DNA from: the human T2T-CHM13v2.0 reference genome, Homo sapiens
Assembly: GCF_009914755.1 (NCBI RefSeq)
Contig: NC_060940.1
Direction: 5' to 3' (one strand)
Length of the DNA stretch: 64,000 nucleotides
Shown piece after piece: positions 34,086 through 49,797 of this stretch (within the stretch, counting starts at the first letter, position 1; each line of letters begins with the position of its first letter). The notes under the pieces are model-generated. The model did no database searches, had not been told where the DNA came from, and worked only from the letters and a program-made list of their open reading frames with translations. A program made the position numbers and the translations under genes.

Positions 34086-35835
34086 TTAGACCCTAACTAA
34101 AAAGAAAAAAAATTGTAAAAAACAAAAACAAAAACAAAAAAAGAATATAGGATGGAGATCAGATGAGTCCTGCAAAGCTGATAATATTTACTGTCTAGCA
34201 CTTTACATAGAAGCTTGCCTACCTCTGAATGATATGCAGGTACAGGGATGACATTTATCTTGGCACTTATAGAAAGACCTGTACGTTGTATAAAGATGTC
34301 ATCATTGGATTTCTAGTAACAAGAAGCGGCAAGACATGACGGTGTGTCCAGGTGTTCAGGTGAAGTTTAGGGAAGGTCTTGTCTTGACGAGGTCGGATGT
34401 GAGACCCAGATGAGATAACCCCATTTCCCCTGCTGAAATTGCCTGAGAATTTCTTCCAGCTATTTGTGTGGGTAGATTCTTTCGGTGGGGGTGGGGTGGG
34501 TGAGGAGGTGAAGTGTCAGGGGAGTTCTATTGTGTATTTGCACAACTTGGCTTTCTTTTCACTTGGTGTGGTGTTTTGCTGTATGAGGAATTTCGTAGAA
34601 TTTTGTGATGAGTATGCAGCGTAGTGGTTTGAATCCTGCCAGGCCGAGGGTCATATGTCAGCTCTGCAACTCATTATCTGTGACGCCTTGGGGCAGGTCC
34701 GATCACTCTCCAAGCTTCTGTTATATATTCCATGGGGTTGTGAGGTTCAGATGAAATAATGCATGCTGGCAGGAATGGTTACGGCTCATGGGATTTCCAT
34801 GTGCTCCCCGTATTCCCCAGATCTCCAATAGTTAGATGGATCCATGCCAGGGTCCAATGCTCTATAAGTGGAAGTCACTGACATCACCTCTAGTGTACAG
34901 CTTTTGAGGGCTTGGGAATAACTATCTCATTCTCTCATCTCCTGGTGCAGTAACTATGGGAGAATCCCTGCATTAAGATGGTAGAATTTCCATCATTCTA
35001 GGTCTTTGAGTGGCCATATGGAGGACACCATACCCAGCCAACCCATTGTGGACATGGTATGTAAGAAATCAACCTTGGTTGCTAAGCTGCTGAGACTCTG
35101 GGGTTAATTTGTTACTGCAGCATAACGTAGTCCATCCTGACACATGCAGCATGCAAACCACTTACGTTGTCCCTTAGTCATGGTAAGTGCTCCACAGATG
35201 TTGGTTACTTTTGGTAGGAAGATAGATTGCCTCTGAAAGTTTTGTTAGCTGATCTCATGATGCCAATGTTGCTATTTTGTAATTGGATAAATTGGACTTG
35301 GCTCTCCTTCCAGCATGTGGGAGAGACAGATGACTGAGAGACAATAAAGCACTATTATCTTCAGTTTGTGTCCTTGGATACCCTTGGTGGCAATGAACAA
35401 TGTATGCTCCTCTGAGAAAACTGGACCTAAAGGAGAATGGGAGGTGATACCAGAATTAGGAATGTCCAAGGCCCCAGGCATTCCCTGGTCTGGAGACCAC
35501 TTTGAGTCCTTGGTGGGAAGATTCTCAAAGGGAACATAAATGCTTTTACTATCTAGTTTGTCTCTTTGAGAATTAAAACTCTCTTTTTTTTTTTTTTCAT
35601 TCCAGTAGCTTTTGGGGTAGAGTTTGGCTCTTTGAGAATTGCACACTAATTAATTTTAGGGGTCATGCGTACACATCTCTATATTCCTGAAACAGTAGAA
35701 ACAGCCAGCAGTCAGGCAACCATCTACCATGACCACTAAAACATCCTCAAAGTGAAACACCAGATGTGATCCGCTAGGTTTAGTGGACGTGGCTGGCTCG
35801 AGAGTTGATTATATTCATTATCGTCACTGTGGTGA

Positions 35836-36318
<483 letters not shown>

Positions 36319-37037
36319 TAATACTCCACCATGGGACACACAGGCTTGTGGGTCCCAGAGCTCCAGAAGCATCTCCCAACCATACCATCCTGACCCAGAT
36401 TCTACCAAAGAATACGTGAGTCTAGCAGAGCCATCTCTGACACTTCCCTTCTTTTGAATGGCTGATCTGTCAGTCATGGGGATCCCTTATGAAAGTGCAG
36501 TGTGCTTTGTGAAACTTGAGGTTGATCAAAGAATACCAATAAACCTTGTTAAGAAATCTACATATTGATGACATAGGCAGTGGGGTAGAGGTGGGGAAAT
36601 TCCCAAATACATTTTAGAAATTATCTCAGAGGGAGGTAATAGTCAGAACTCTTGGTTGCCAGTGACAGAAACTCATCTTACTAGTGTGGAGTGGAAAAGG
36701 GATCATGTTTTGGTCTGCACTCCCCAACCCCAACCCCAAGCAGATCCTGAAAGAGGGACAGGATTGCAAGTGGATTATTTAGGAGATGATTCTAGGGAAC
36801 ACCAAAAGGGGAGTGAGGAACTGATTCATGGAAAGGCAGGAGGCCACAGAGGGGGCTTTAATGAGCAGCTTACCATTCCAGGCAACTAGGATTTGACCCC
36901 ACTGGGGACCTCGGGGAGGTGATGTGGAATACATTTCAAAGTTGTTCCATCCAGGGGGCAAAGATACTGAAGCATTTATAGCCTGGCTCCCATCTGTCAC
37001 TGGCTGAGGAGTGGTCCCAGGGCATCAACTTTCTGGC

Positions 37038-37359
<322 letters not shown>

Positions 37360-37957
37360 TGACATACTCCATGCCTAACTTTGAGAAGGCCCTCAGGTGA
37401 AAGTCTTGGTTGTATGCAGTAGCAAGCATGTACTAGAATGATAAAAACCAGGGGGCTTACCACAAGATCTCTCTCTCCATCTCTGGATGGAGACACCAAC
37501 AGATCTCTCTCTCCATCTCTGTTTCTAGCTTTGTCTGCATACTGGCTTAATTTCTTCTTACTCAAGCCTTTTCTCCATAAGGCAAGAAATGTGGCCACAA
37601 AAGCTCCTGTATTTCTCACTACACACAGTTCCTGTCATCACAGAGAATGATTAACTTGGTCTAGTGCCAGTTTGGAAAAATATTCAAGGGAAGAATTCTG
37701 ATTGGCCAATTTAGGCCAGATGCTCATCCCTGGACCAATCAACTGAGGCCAGAGGGGTGGAGTCATGTGAGAACATGGCAGCCCCCATGACAGCCAAGTG
37801 ACTGGAGTAGGAAGTGTGAGTCTCCATAGAGGGGAGGGCTGCTAGGCTGAAAAAGCAATAGATGTCCGCAGTGAAAGGAATAGATTAGGAGACACATTCT
37901 GTTAAACCTGTTAATTATTAAAAAAAAAACTTTCAATATACAGTTACAGTATACGTG

Positions 37958-38271
<314 letters not shown>

Positions 38272-38529
38272 TTATCAGAAAGGAGAAACTTACTATATGT
38301 ATATTTCCTATGCACAGGCTACTGCTATGAATTCAAATTCTTAAATTCCAAAGATTAATTACAATGTTTCTCAAGACACATAAACTGTGTTAGAGTCTGC
38401 TTATAATGAGGCTGAAGTTGAGTAAGAAGAGAACTGGCATTTAGGACACTACTTTTCTTCTGTCGAGTACTGTCAAGTTTAGGTTCTGCCTGGAAGTAGA
38501 TGCGCCTCAAGGGAGGGTTGCATGTAAAG

Positions 38530-38531
<2 letters not shown>

Positions 38532-38567
<36 letters not shown>
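38532..38567. repeat. (GT)18 microsatellite
   Basis: Perfect dinucleotide run. Confidence 0.95.
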
Positions 38568-38569
<2 letters not shown>

Positions 38570-38779
38570 TAGTTTCCAAAGATGGGTACAACTTTCTGCA
38601 AACGCTCGTGCAGTGTAATTGAACCAATCTTTTCTTTAAGAGGTAGAGTTTATATTCCTCTACATGAATCTGGGCTGCCTATGACTTGCTTTGGCCAGTG
38701 GAATGCTGCCAAAGTGATAGTGACCAACTTCTAGCCGTGAAAGGAAAATAAACCTTGGGGCCCCAAGATCACTAAGCTA

Positions 38780-39089
38780 GGCCAGGCTTGGTGGCTCACA
38801 CCTGTAATCCCAGCACTTTGGGAAGCTGAGGCGGGCAGATCACCTGAGGTCAGGAGTTCAAGACCAGCCTGGCCAACATGACGAAACCCTGTCTCTACTA
38901 AAAAATGTGAAAATTAGCCAGGCGTGGTTGCAGGCGCCTGTCATCCCAGCTACTCGGGAGGCTGAGGCAGGGAAAATTGCTTGAACCCTGGAGGTGGAGG
39001 TTGCAGTGAGGCCGAGATCGCACCACTGCACTCCAGCCTGGGCAACAGAGTGAGACTCTGCCCCGCCACCCCCTCCCCGCCCAAAAAAA
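38780..39089 (+). mobile_element. AluS with C-rich tail
   Basis: Full Alu; flanking actaagcta on both sides. Confidence 0.93.
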
Positions 39090-39240
39090 GTTACTAAGCT
39101 AGAGAAAAGTCAAGCTGGGAACTGCTCAGGGCAAACCTGCCTCCCATTCTATTCAAAGTCACCCCTTTGCTCACTGAGATAAATGTATATCTAATTGCCT
39201 CATTTGGAGAGGCTAATCAGGAACTCAAAAGAATACAACC

Positions 39241-39662
39241 TATATACCATGGAATACTATGCAGCCATAAAAAATGATGAGTTCATGTCCTTTGTAGGGA
39301 CATGGATGAAATTGGAAATCATCATTCTCAGTAAACTATCGCAAGAACAAAAAACCAAACACCGCATATTCTCACTCATAGGTGGGAATTGAACAATGAG
39401 ATCACATGGACACAGGAAGGGGAATATCACACTCTGGGGACTGTTTTGGGGTGGGGGGAGGGGGGAGGGATAGCACTGGGAGATATACCTAATGGTAGAT
39501 GATGAGTTAGTGGGTGCAGCGCACCAACATGGCACATGTATATATATGTGACTAACCTGCACCATGTGCACGTGTACCCTAAAACTTAAAGTATAATAAT
39601 AAAAAAAATTATAGAACTAAAAGGTACAATAACAAAAATTAAAAACTTGCTAAAAAAAAAAA
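39241..39662 (+). mobile_element. 5'-truncated young L1 (L1PA2-like) with 3' transduction
   Basis: ORF2 C-terminus YTMEYYAAIKNDEFMSFVGTWMKLEIIILSKLSQEQKTKHRIFSLIGGN*, 3' UTR G-tract, two A tracts, TSD aaaagaa(t/c)acaacc. Confidence 0.95.
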
Positions 39663-40931
39663 AAAAGAACACAACCATTTGTCTCTTAACTACCTATGAC
39701 CTGGAAGCCCCTCCCTGCTTCGAGTTGTCTCACCTTCACCTGGAGTTGTCCCGCCTTTCCAGACTGAACCAATGTACATCTTACACATATTGTTTGATGT
39801 CTCATGTCTCTCTAAAATGTGTAAAACCAAGCTGTGTCCCTACCGCCTTAGGCACATGTTGTCAGGACCTCCTGAGGCTGTGTCACAGGCGTGCATCCTC
39901 AACCTTGGCAAAATAAACTTTCTGAATTAACTGAGACCTCAGATTTTTGGGGTTCATATAGTCTTAGGCCTTGAGAGCCCTCTCGTAGTTTCCATATTTT
40001 TGCCCTCTTGGATGCTGGCACCAAGCAAGCCTTGACTATCCTGCTTAAAGTGCCATTTGGAAAGGGGCTCTGGAGGGCGAGGGGCCACATGGAGGAAAAC
40101 AAGGCTCCCCGGCTGACAGCCAGCACCAACTGCCAGGCACATGTGTCAGGCTGTCCTGGGTGTTCCGCCCAGCTGGCCCTCCAGCTGCAGGTAGCCACAC
40201 AAATGAGCCCAGGTTAAACCAGCCAGGAATTCCCCATGCAACTCACAGGGTCATGAGCAATAATGACTTTTGGTGGTTTAAAGTTTCTAATTTTAGGTGC
40301 AATAGGTAACTGAAATAGCCCACAAGGGTGTGAGCCTGTGGAGGGTGCATTTCCCACCTGCTGAAGCTTCTCAATTCCCAGGATCCAATCCGGATAAGAC
40401 TCTTGTTCTCAGTGTCCTTGATGGAAATGGCAATGAACTTTTTGCTGATTGGACCATCTCAGGGGAATCCCAAAGATTGGAAACTATTTTCTTTCTTAGA
40501 ATCTTCCACACAGCATTGAGGCTTAGGAATTTGTAAGAAGGATATGGAATGAAAAACATCTTTTGAAAAGGTATTTGTGTAGCTTCAGTTCAGCAAGATT
40601 CATGGTGGGTATTAGACTAAGTGCTGGTGTTAAGCCAAACCGTGTTTTTCAAAGACTCATCTGGCCTCAAGGTTGGCAGGATCAGAGTGGCCTCCCAGGA
40701 TCTATCACATCCTCAGAAGGGTGGGTTCAACTGGCATGTACCCAGATCTCTGTCAGCTAGTATGATACTCCCTTGAGTCAAAGGCTGCCACATCACATCT
40801 CCTTTAAGTCCCTCTCAGTACGACCCCAGAAGCATTGACAAAATGTGCTATTAGTAAAGATTTCAGGAGGACATAAATGAAGAGATTATATTGCAAGGTA
40901 CCAAAACTTCCATCTTTGCTAAAGACCCTCA

Positions 40932-41246
<315 letters not shown>

Positions 41247-41679
41247 TCATGCCACTCTATCTGGCCATGTAATTTCTCCTCCTGGCTTTCTGTAGCAACA
41301 GCCTTCTGAGGAACCTCACTCTGCCTTTCAAAACCGCTTCAACTTGTACCCTTCATCAGCAAAGTATTTAGCTCAACATGTATGCCTCTGGGGGAGCTCA
41401 TCCACATGTCATTTAAGGATATTTCCAGCAACATCATCTTCACTACCCCGGGACAGTCTTTTAGAGTGGATTATGTGCCTGTTGGATGGGGTCATCCTTA
41501 TATTCAGCACAGTGTTTGCCCTGAAACTTTAATGGAGTGCTCCTAGTTTGATAACTTTTGCCATGACAAATAAATTGAATTTCTCTGTCTTAACAACAGA
41601 TGTTTGAATACGGCCCCATGTCCCTCTCTGCTCCTTCCTGCCTTACTCCTCTCCTCTTCCTTCCCTTCCTTTTCAAGAG

Positions 41680-42305
41680 CAGGGTTTGTAAACTTTTTCT
41701 TGAAAGCATCAGATAGTAAATGTTTTAGACTTCGTGGGCCATACAGTCTCTTGTAGTAGTTTCTCAACTCTGCCACCCATAGCATGAAAGCAGCTGATAT
41801 AGTTTGAATATGTGTCCCTGCCCAAATTTGATGTTGCAATGTAACCCCCAGTGTTAGAGGTGGGGCCTGGTGGGAAGAGACTTGATCATGGGGGTGGATT
41901 TCTCATGAATGACTTAGCATCATGCTTTTGGTCCTGTCCTTGCAATAGTGAGTGAGTTCTTGCAATATCTGGTTGCTTGTGAGTGTGTAGCACCTCCCTC
42001 CTCATTCTCTTGCTCCCGCTTCACCTTCTGCCATGATTGTAAGTTTCCTGAGGCCTCCACAGAAGCTCAGCGATGTCAGTGTCATGCTCCCTGTACAACC
42101 TACAAAACTGTGAGCCAATTAAACCACTTTTCTTTATACATTACCCAGTCTCAGGTATTTATAGCATGAGAGAACAGCCTAATCCAGCAGCCACAGACAA
42201 TATGTAGCAAATGGGCATGGCTGTGTTGCAATAAAACTTTATTGACAAAAACATGTGCAAGCAGGTCAGATTTGGCCCATGGGCCGTAGTGTCCCAACCC
42301 TTGCT
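41680..42305 (+). mobile_element. MER58A hAT element split by an MST LTR
   Basis: cagatagtaaatgttttagactt...ggctgtgttgcaataaaactttatt...gatttggccc. Confidence 0.85.
41795..42186 (+). mobile_element. MST MaLR solo LTR
   Basis: tgatatagtttg...gccatgattgtaagtttcctgaggcc...cccagtctcaggtat; 5-bp TSD GCAGC. Confidence 0.9.
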
Positions 42306-42345
42306 CTGGAATATTCTCTTCAGCCTGGATGGACATCTCTATGTG

Positions 42346-42863
<518 letters not shown>

Positions 42864-43851
42864 TGAATGCCTGTTAGTTTGTCCGTCTCCCTCCTCTGTA
42901 GTCCCTAGAGTCAGATGAACTCCTCTGCAGATGCAATGGTGTAACACTCTCTAGTGCTGAATTTTGAGCAGGAGAAAGAGAGCAAGAGTGACCAGCACCC
43001 TTGGAAACTGGCCTCCTGAGAATTTGGAGTCTTCTCTGCAAAGGTTGCAAACCTGTTAACCCACAGGCCAGAGAGAGAGAGAAGCCAGAAGCATGATCTG
43101 TTAAGCTTGAGTTTAATATTTGATGCACAGAGATCACTGAGTTTTTTGATAAGAATTAGAGGAGAAGACACGGCCACAGAGAACAATTTCTATCCCCAGG
43201 TGAGGATTCAGGAGATAATTCTGGGAACAGAACTTCCTGAGAACTGAGATGGGGGAAATCGCTGGTGTTAGAAGGGTGAAAAGGTCAGTAATTAAGCCTA
43301 CGACTGTGCTCTGAGAGGCGAAAGAAGAAAATGAGACTGCCAGGCAGGAATAATGAGAAATCTTTGATGGAATTAGCCGTGCAGAACAGATACTAAATGC
43401 ATCCTCATTCCTCTCATAGTCAAAAGTTTTTGCTTAAGCTGGATGGGAAAAAGAGAATCCCTTTTCACTAAGTATAAAAGAGAGGATTTTAGAGAAGGTC
43501 TCAGAAGAAAGAGATGTGGGGGTTTGGTGAAACTCACCAGAGGCTGAACCCTCTCCAGCATAACACAGGGATTGCGAGGAGCGGGGTAGCATTAGGCCAG
43601 GTGCATAGCCCAGTGCTGCTCTCTCTGGACTTTCTGCTCTCTCTGGACTTGTTTGCTAGCTGAGCTCATCCATTTGCATAATTTTCAGTTCCATTTCTCA
43701 GCTGATGAGTCCTGAACTTTTCCCTTGAGGCTAGACTTCTCCTTCAAGCAGCAGTCTTAAACACTCAACTTCTTTCTTGTTTTTTCCACTTGTCATCTCA
43801 TGAACACCTCAACCTTGTGACATCCAAAGCCAAACTCGTGGCTTGGAGGAG

Positions 43852-44850
<999 letters not shown>

Positions 44851-44851
44851 T

Positions 44852-45922
44852 TGTTGCAGGAAGTCAGGGACCCCAAATGGAGGGACTGGCTGGAGCCGCG
44901 GCAGAGCAACATAAATTGTGAAGATTTCATGAACATTTATCAGTTCCCAAATAATACTTTTATAATTTCTTATGCCTGTCTTTACTTTAATCTCTTAATC
45001 CTGTTATATTTATTAGCTGAGGATGTACATCACCTCAGGACGGCTGTGATAATTGTGTTAACTCTAAAAATTGATTGTAAAACGTGTTTCAACAATATGA
45101 AATCAGTGCACCTTGAAAAAGAAGAGAATAACAGCGATTTTTAGGGAACAAGGGAAGACAACCATAAGGTCTGACTGACTGCAGGGTCGGGCAAAAAGAG
45201 CCATATGTTTCTTCTTGCAGAGAGTCTATAAACAGACGTGCAAGTAGGAGAGATATCGCTAAGTTCTTTTCCTAGCAAGGAATATTAATGTTAATACCCT
45301 GGGAAAGGAATGCATTCCTGGGGAGAGGTCTATAAATGGCTGCTCTGGGAATGTCTGTCTTATGCTGTTGAGATAAGGACTGAGATACGCCCTGGTCTCC
45401 TGCAGTACCCAAAGGCTTACTAGGGTGGGGAAAAACTCCGCCCTGGTAAATTTGTGGTCAGACTGGTTCTCTGCTCTCGAACCCTGTTTTATGTTGTTTA
45501 AGATGTTTATCAAGACAATACGTGCACCGCTGATCATAGACCCTTATCTTCTGCTTTTGCCCTTTGCCTTGTGATCTTTGCTGGACCCTTACCAGTAGTT
45601 CTGCCTTTGCCCTTTGTCCTGTTCCCTCAGAAGCATGTGATCTTTGTTGGACCCTTATTAGTAGTCCTGCTTTTTGCCCTTGGAAGCCTGTGATCTTTGT
45701 ACCTACTCCCTGTTCTTACACCCCCTCCCCTTTTGAAACCCTTAATAAAAACTTGCTGGTCTGAGACTCAGGAGGCATCACGGTCCTACCGATATGTAAT
45801 GTCACCCCCAGCGGCCCGGCTGTATAATGCCTCTCTTTGTACTGTCTATTTCTCAGGTGGCTGACACTTATGGAAAATAGAAAGAACATACGTTGAAATA
45901 CTGGGGGCAGGTTCCACCAATA
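44852..45922 (+). mobile_element. MER11 solo LTR (HERV-K/HML-8)
   Basis: tgttgcaggaagtcagggacccc...cttaataaaaacttgctgg...ggggcaggttccaccaata. Confidence 0.92.
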
Positions 45923-45949
45923 CTTCTTTCATGGATTTACTTATTTTTT

Positions 45950-46075
45950 GTCTCCCTCCATATCCTAGAAACTCCTGGAGGGCAGAGTCGTGCCTGCCAT
46001 CTTCATCATTGCATTACCAGCACCCAGCACAGTGCCTGGCACAAAAGAGTTGCTCAATAAATAAATAAGGATGAA
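45950..46075 (+). mobile_element. L2 3' end
   Basis: cccagcacagtgcctggcaca...gctcaataaa. Confidence 0.8.
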
Positions 46076-46504
46076 TGGATAAATACACGGATAGGCACTT
46101 TGAACTACAGATGAGCTTAAATACTTTGTGTTTTTCTTAGGCAAACATGTGCAATTAAGCATGTGATAAATGATATGACCACACCTGTGTCTTGCCTGAT
46201 GTTCTTTGCAATCACTATATGAAGTCAATTGTGCCTGTTTTCACAGTTCTGTTTTTAACCTAATGATCTGTTTCTTTTAACTTCTGGCATTTGCTTTGTT
46301 TGGCCTTTGTTACTTTGTCACTTTGGTAGCCTGACAAAGTGAAAGATATTGGTATTTACTCTTTGGTTTAAATGTCATGAACTTTAAAAATGCCTTTGCT
46401 TTTGGTAAGAAACCCTAGTTAGGACAGTCTAGCGGTCGGGATGATTTGGGTTCTGCTGCAGTAACAACAATCCCCAAATCTCAGTGGGTTCATGCAGTGA
46501 GGTA

Positions 46505-46801
<297 letters not shown>

Positions 46802-47221
46802 TGAGGCTTATTCTTGGTCACGTTGCATATCTGGGCTGTGTTAGGGCATTGTGGGGTGGTCTGTTCATTGTGTTCACTCAGGGATCCAGGCTGACAAAAG
46901 CCCCATCTCTGCATGTGTCATTGATCACCACTTCAGGGGAAAGGGAATGTGGTGGATCACAGAGCCTCTTAACACTTCCACCTGAAGGTGACTCAAGTTG
47001 CTCCTGCTCATGGTTCATTGGACAAAAAGGATCACAGAGTCACGGGCAACTTCTCTGTTTCTGGAAGGGGAACCAAAATGTGAATAGCTACATTAATTTT
47101 CCCTAGCTATTACACAGAAGGCCTCATTTAAACACAGCTACTTATTTGTGTTTTGAAGCTAATTGTAGTCTATCAACCTTCACAGAAGGTATGTGCACTT
47201 CCAAGCTATTATTAAGCACAG

Positions 47222-47514
47222 TTTTTTTTTTTTGAGACAGAGTCTCACTCTCTTGCCCAGGCTGGAGTGCAGTGGCATGATCATGGATCCCTGCAGCTTC
47301 CGCCTCCTGGGTTCAAGTGATTTTCATGCCTCAGCCTCCCATAGTGCTGGGATTACAGACACCTGCCACCGTGCCTGGCTATGTTTTGTATTTTTAGAAG
47401 AGATGGGGTTTCACCATGTTGGCCTGCTTGTCTGGAACTCCTGACCTCAGGTGATCCACCTGCCTCTGCCTCCCAAAGTGCTGAGATGACAGTCGTGAGC
47501 CGCCGCACCCAGCC
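47222..47514 (-). mobile_element. AluS
   Basis: Full antisense Alu. Confidence 0.92.
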
Positions 47515-47774
47515 TTGAGTATGATTTTTGATTCGGAAGGTCAGAGTTAGGGTTTTAGTCTGAGGACAGTATGGTGTGAAGGTGAAAAGCAGAGCTTGGC
47601 TGTGAGTTTGCTGGGATTCCTGTGCTGCTTCTACAGCTCTTTCGCTGTGTGACCGTCACCTTTGGCAAGTTCCTTTACCTTTCTATGTGTCGGTTTCCTC
47701 ATCAATAAAATGGAAAAAATAATCGTAATCATAACGTCTATTGGTGTTGGGATAGCCCAGCGGTTGACACATAA

Positions 47775-48100
<326 letters not shown>

Positions 48101-48430
48101 TCAAAAATACCGTTATTAATTTTTGGGGGTAGTTCCTATATTTTGTCAAAATCAGAGTTCAATACCTTGTAACACTGGGTTGGGAACTATCCCTGAAGGA
48201 ACAGGCTTGTAAAGAGGAAGGCTTGGAGAGAGGGGCACAATTTTAGTGGATGTTGTAATGAGTTTAGGTATATGGACCTGGGGCTGAATTCTAGCAGGGG
48301 CCACCAGGTAGCAAGATGGACTTTGCTAAATTCTATCACTTTCCTGGGCCTTGGGCTCACTTGTTACAAATGGGGTTAAAGCAACCCTCTTTCAGGGGTA
48401 AGATAAAGATGATTAAGTAAGAGGGAATGA

Positions 48431-48763
<333 letters not shown>

Positions 48764-48784
48764 CGTTTAACTTCTATATTACTT

Positions 48785-49353
48785 TCCTGTTGGTGGATTT
48801 ACCAGTGCAAACTGAGCAGCTTAAAACACCACCCAGTTATTATCTGTTTTCATGAGCCAAGGGTCTGGGTGGGGTTTAACTGGGTCTTCTATTCAGGGTC
48901 ACAATACTGCAACCAGAGTGTCAGCTGGAGCTGGGGTCTCATTGGATGCTCAGGGTTCTCTTCCAAGCTTATTCAGCTTGTGGAGTGAATTCAATTTCTT
49001 GCAATTGTTGAACGAAGGCCCTCAGCTCCTAGAGCTGCCACCTCCAAAGACAGCTCACAGCATGGCCATTTGTGTCTCCTTGGAGGCTAAGAGTTGGATC
49101 TCTGAAACTTCACCTTTAAAAGGCTCACCTGATTAGGTCTGGCCCACCTAAGATCATCCTGCTTTGGATGAACTCAAAGTCAGCTGAGCAAATGTACTTA
49201 ACAAAGCAAGTGTGACCTTAATCACATTTGCAAAATTCCTTCCCCTTGGCCATATCACAAGCTCTGGACACACTCAAGAAGAGGAGATGATACAGGGAGC
49301 AGATACAAGGGAGGGGGTCTCTTGGGGGCTGTCCTAGAACTCTGCCCATTACA
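48785..49353 (-). mobile_element. MLT1-type MaLR LTR
   Basis: ttaaaaggctcacctgattaggtc...taatcacatttgcaaaattc...cctagaactctgcccattaca. Confidence 0.7.
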
Positions 49354-49483
49354 ACTTCCTTTCTCGAGGAACAGCAGGCCTGGGGACCGATGATCACGGA
49401 TGAGCGCAGCCCACAGGTGGTGAGCACCTGGTGCTGGGGTAGGATGCAGGGGGTTGCTAAGCAAGTATGAAAAGCGTTCTCTG

Positions 49484-49797
<314 letters not shown>

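Larger units (their letters stand above)
38736..39958 (+). mobile_element. MER4-group ERV1 solo LTR interrupted by an Alu and an L1
   Basis: gtgaaaggaaaataaa...gaaaagtcaagctgggaactgc...ggcaaaataaactttct...gggttcata; flanks TAGC/TAGT. Confidence 0.8.
38565..40317 (+). mobile_element. MLT1-type MaLR LTR hosting nested insertions
   Basis: tgacttgctttggccagtggaatg...gacagccagcaccaactgccag...gcaataggtaactgaaata. Confidence 0.7.

Noticed and set aside
39195-39392. 65-aa ORF as a gene
   Set aside because: It is the truncated L1 ORF2 C-terminus fused by chance to LTR sequence.
43616-43650. 17-bp tandem duplication ctgctctctctggactt
   Set aside because: Ordinary slippage duplication with no further structure.
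45538-45700. Repeated gacccttat...tgtgatctttg units resembling a repeat-spacer array
   Set aside because: Internal tandem repeat of the MER11 LTR; not CRISPR-like, and the DNA is eukaryotic.
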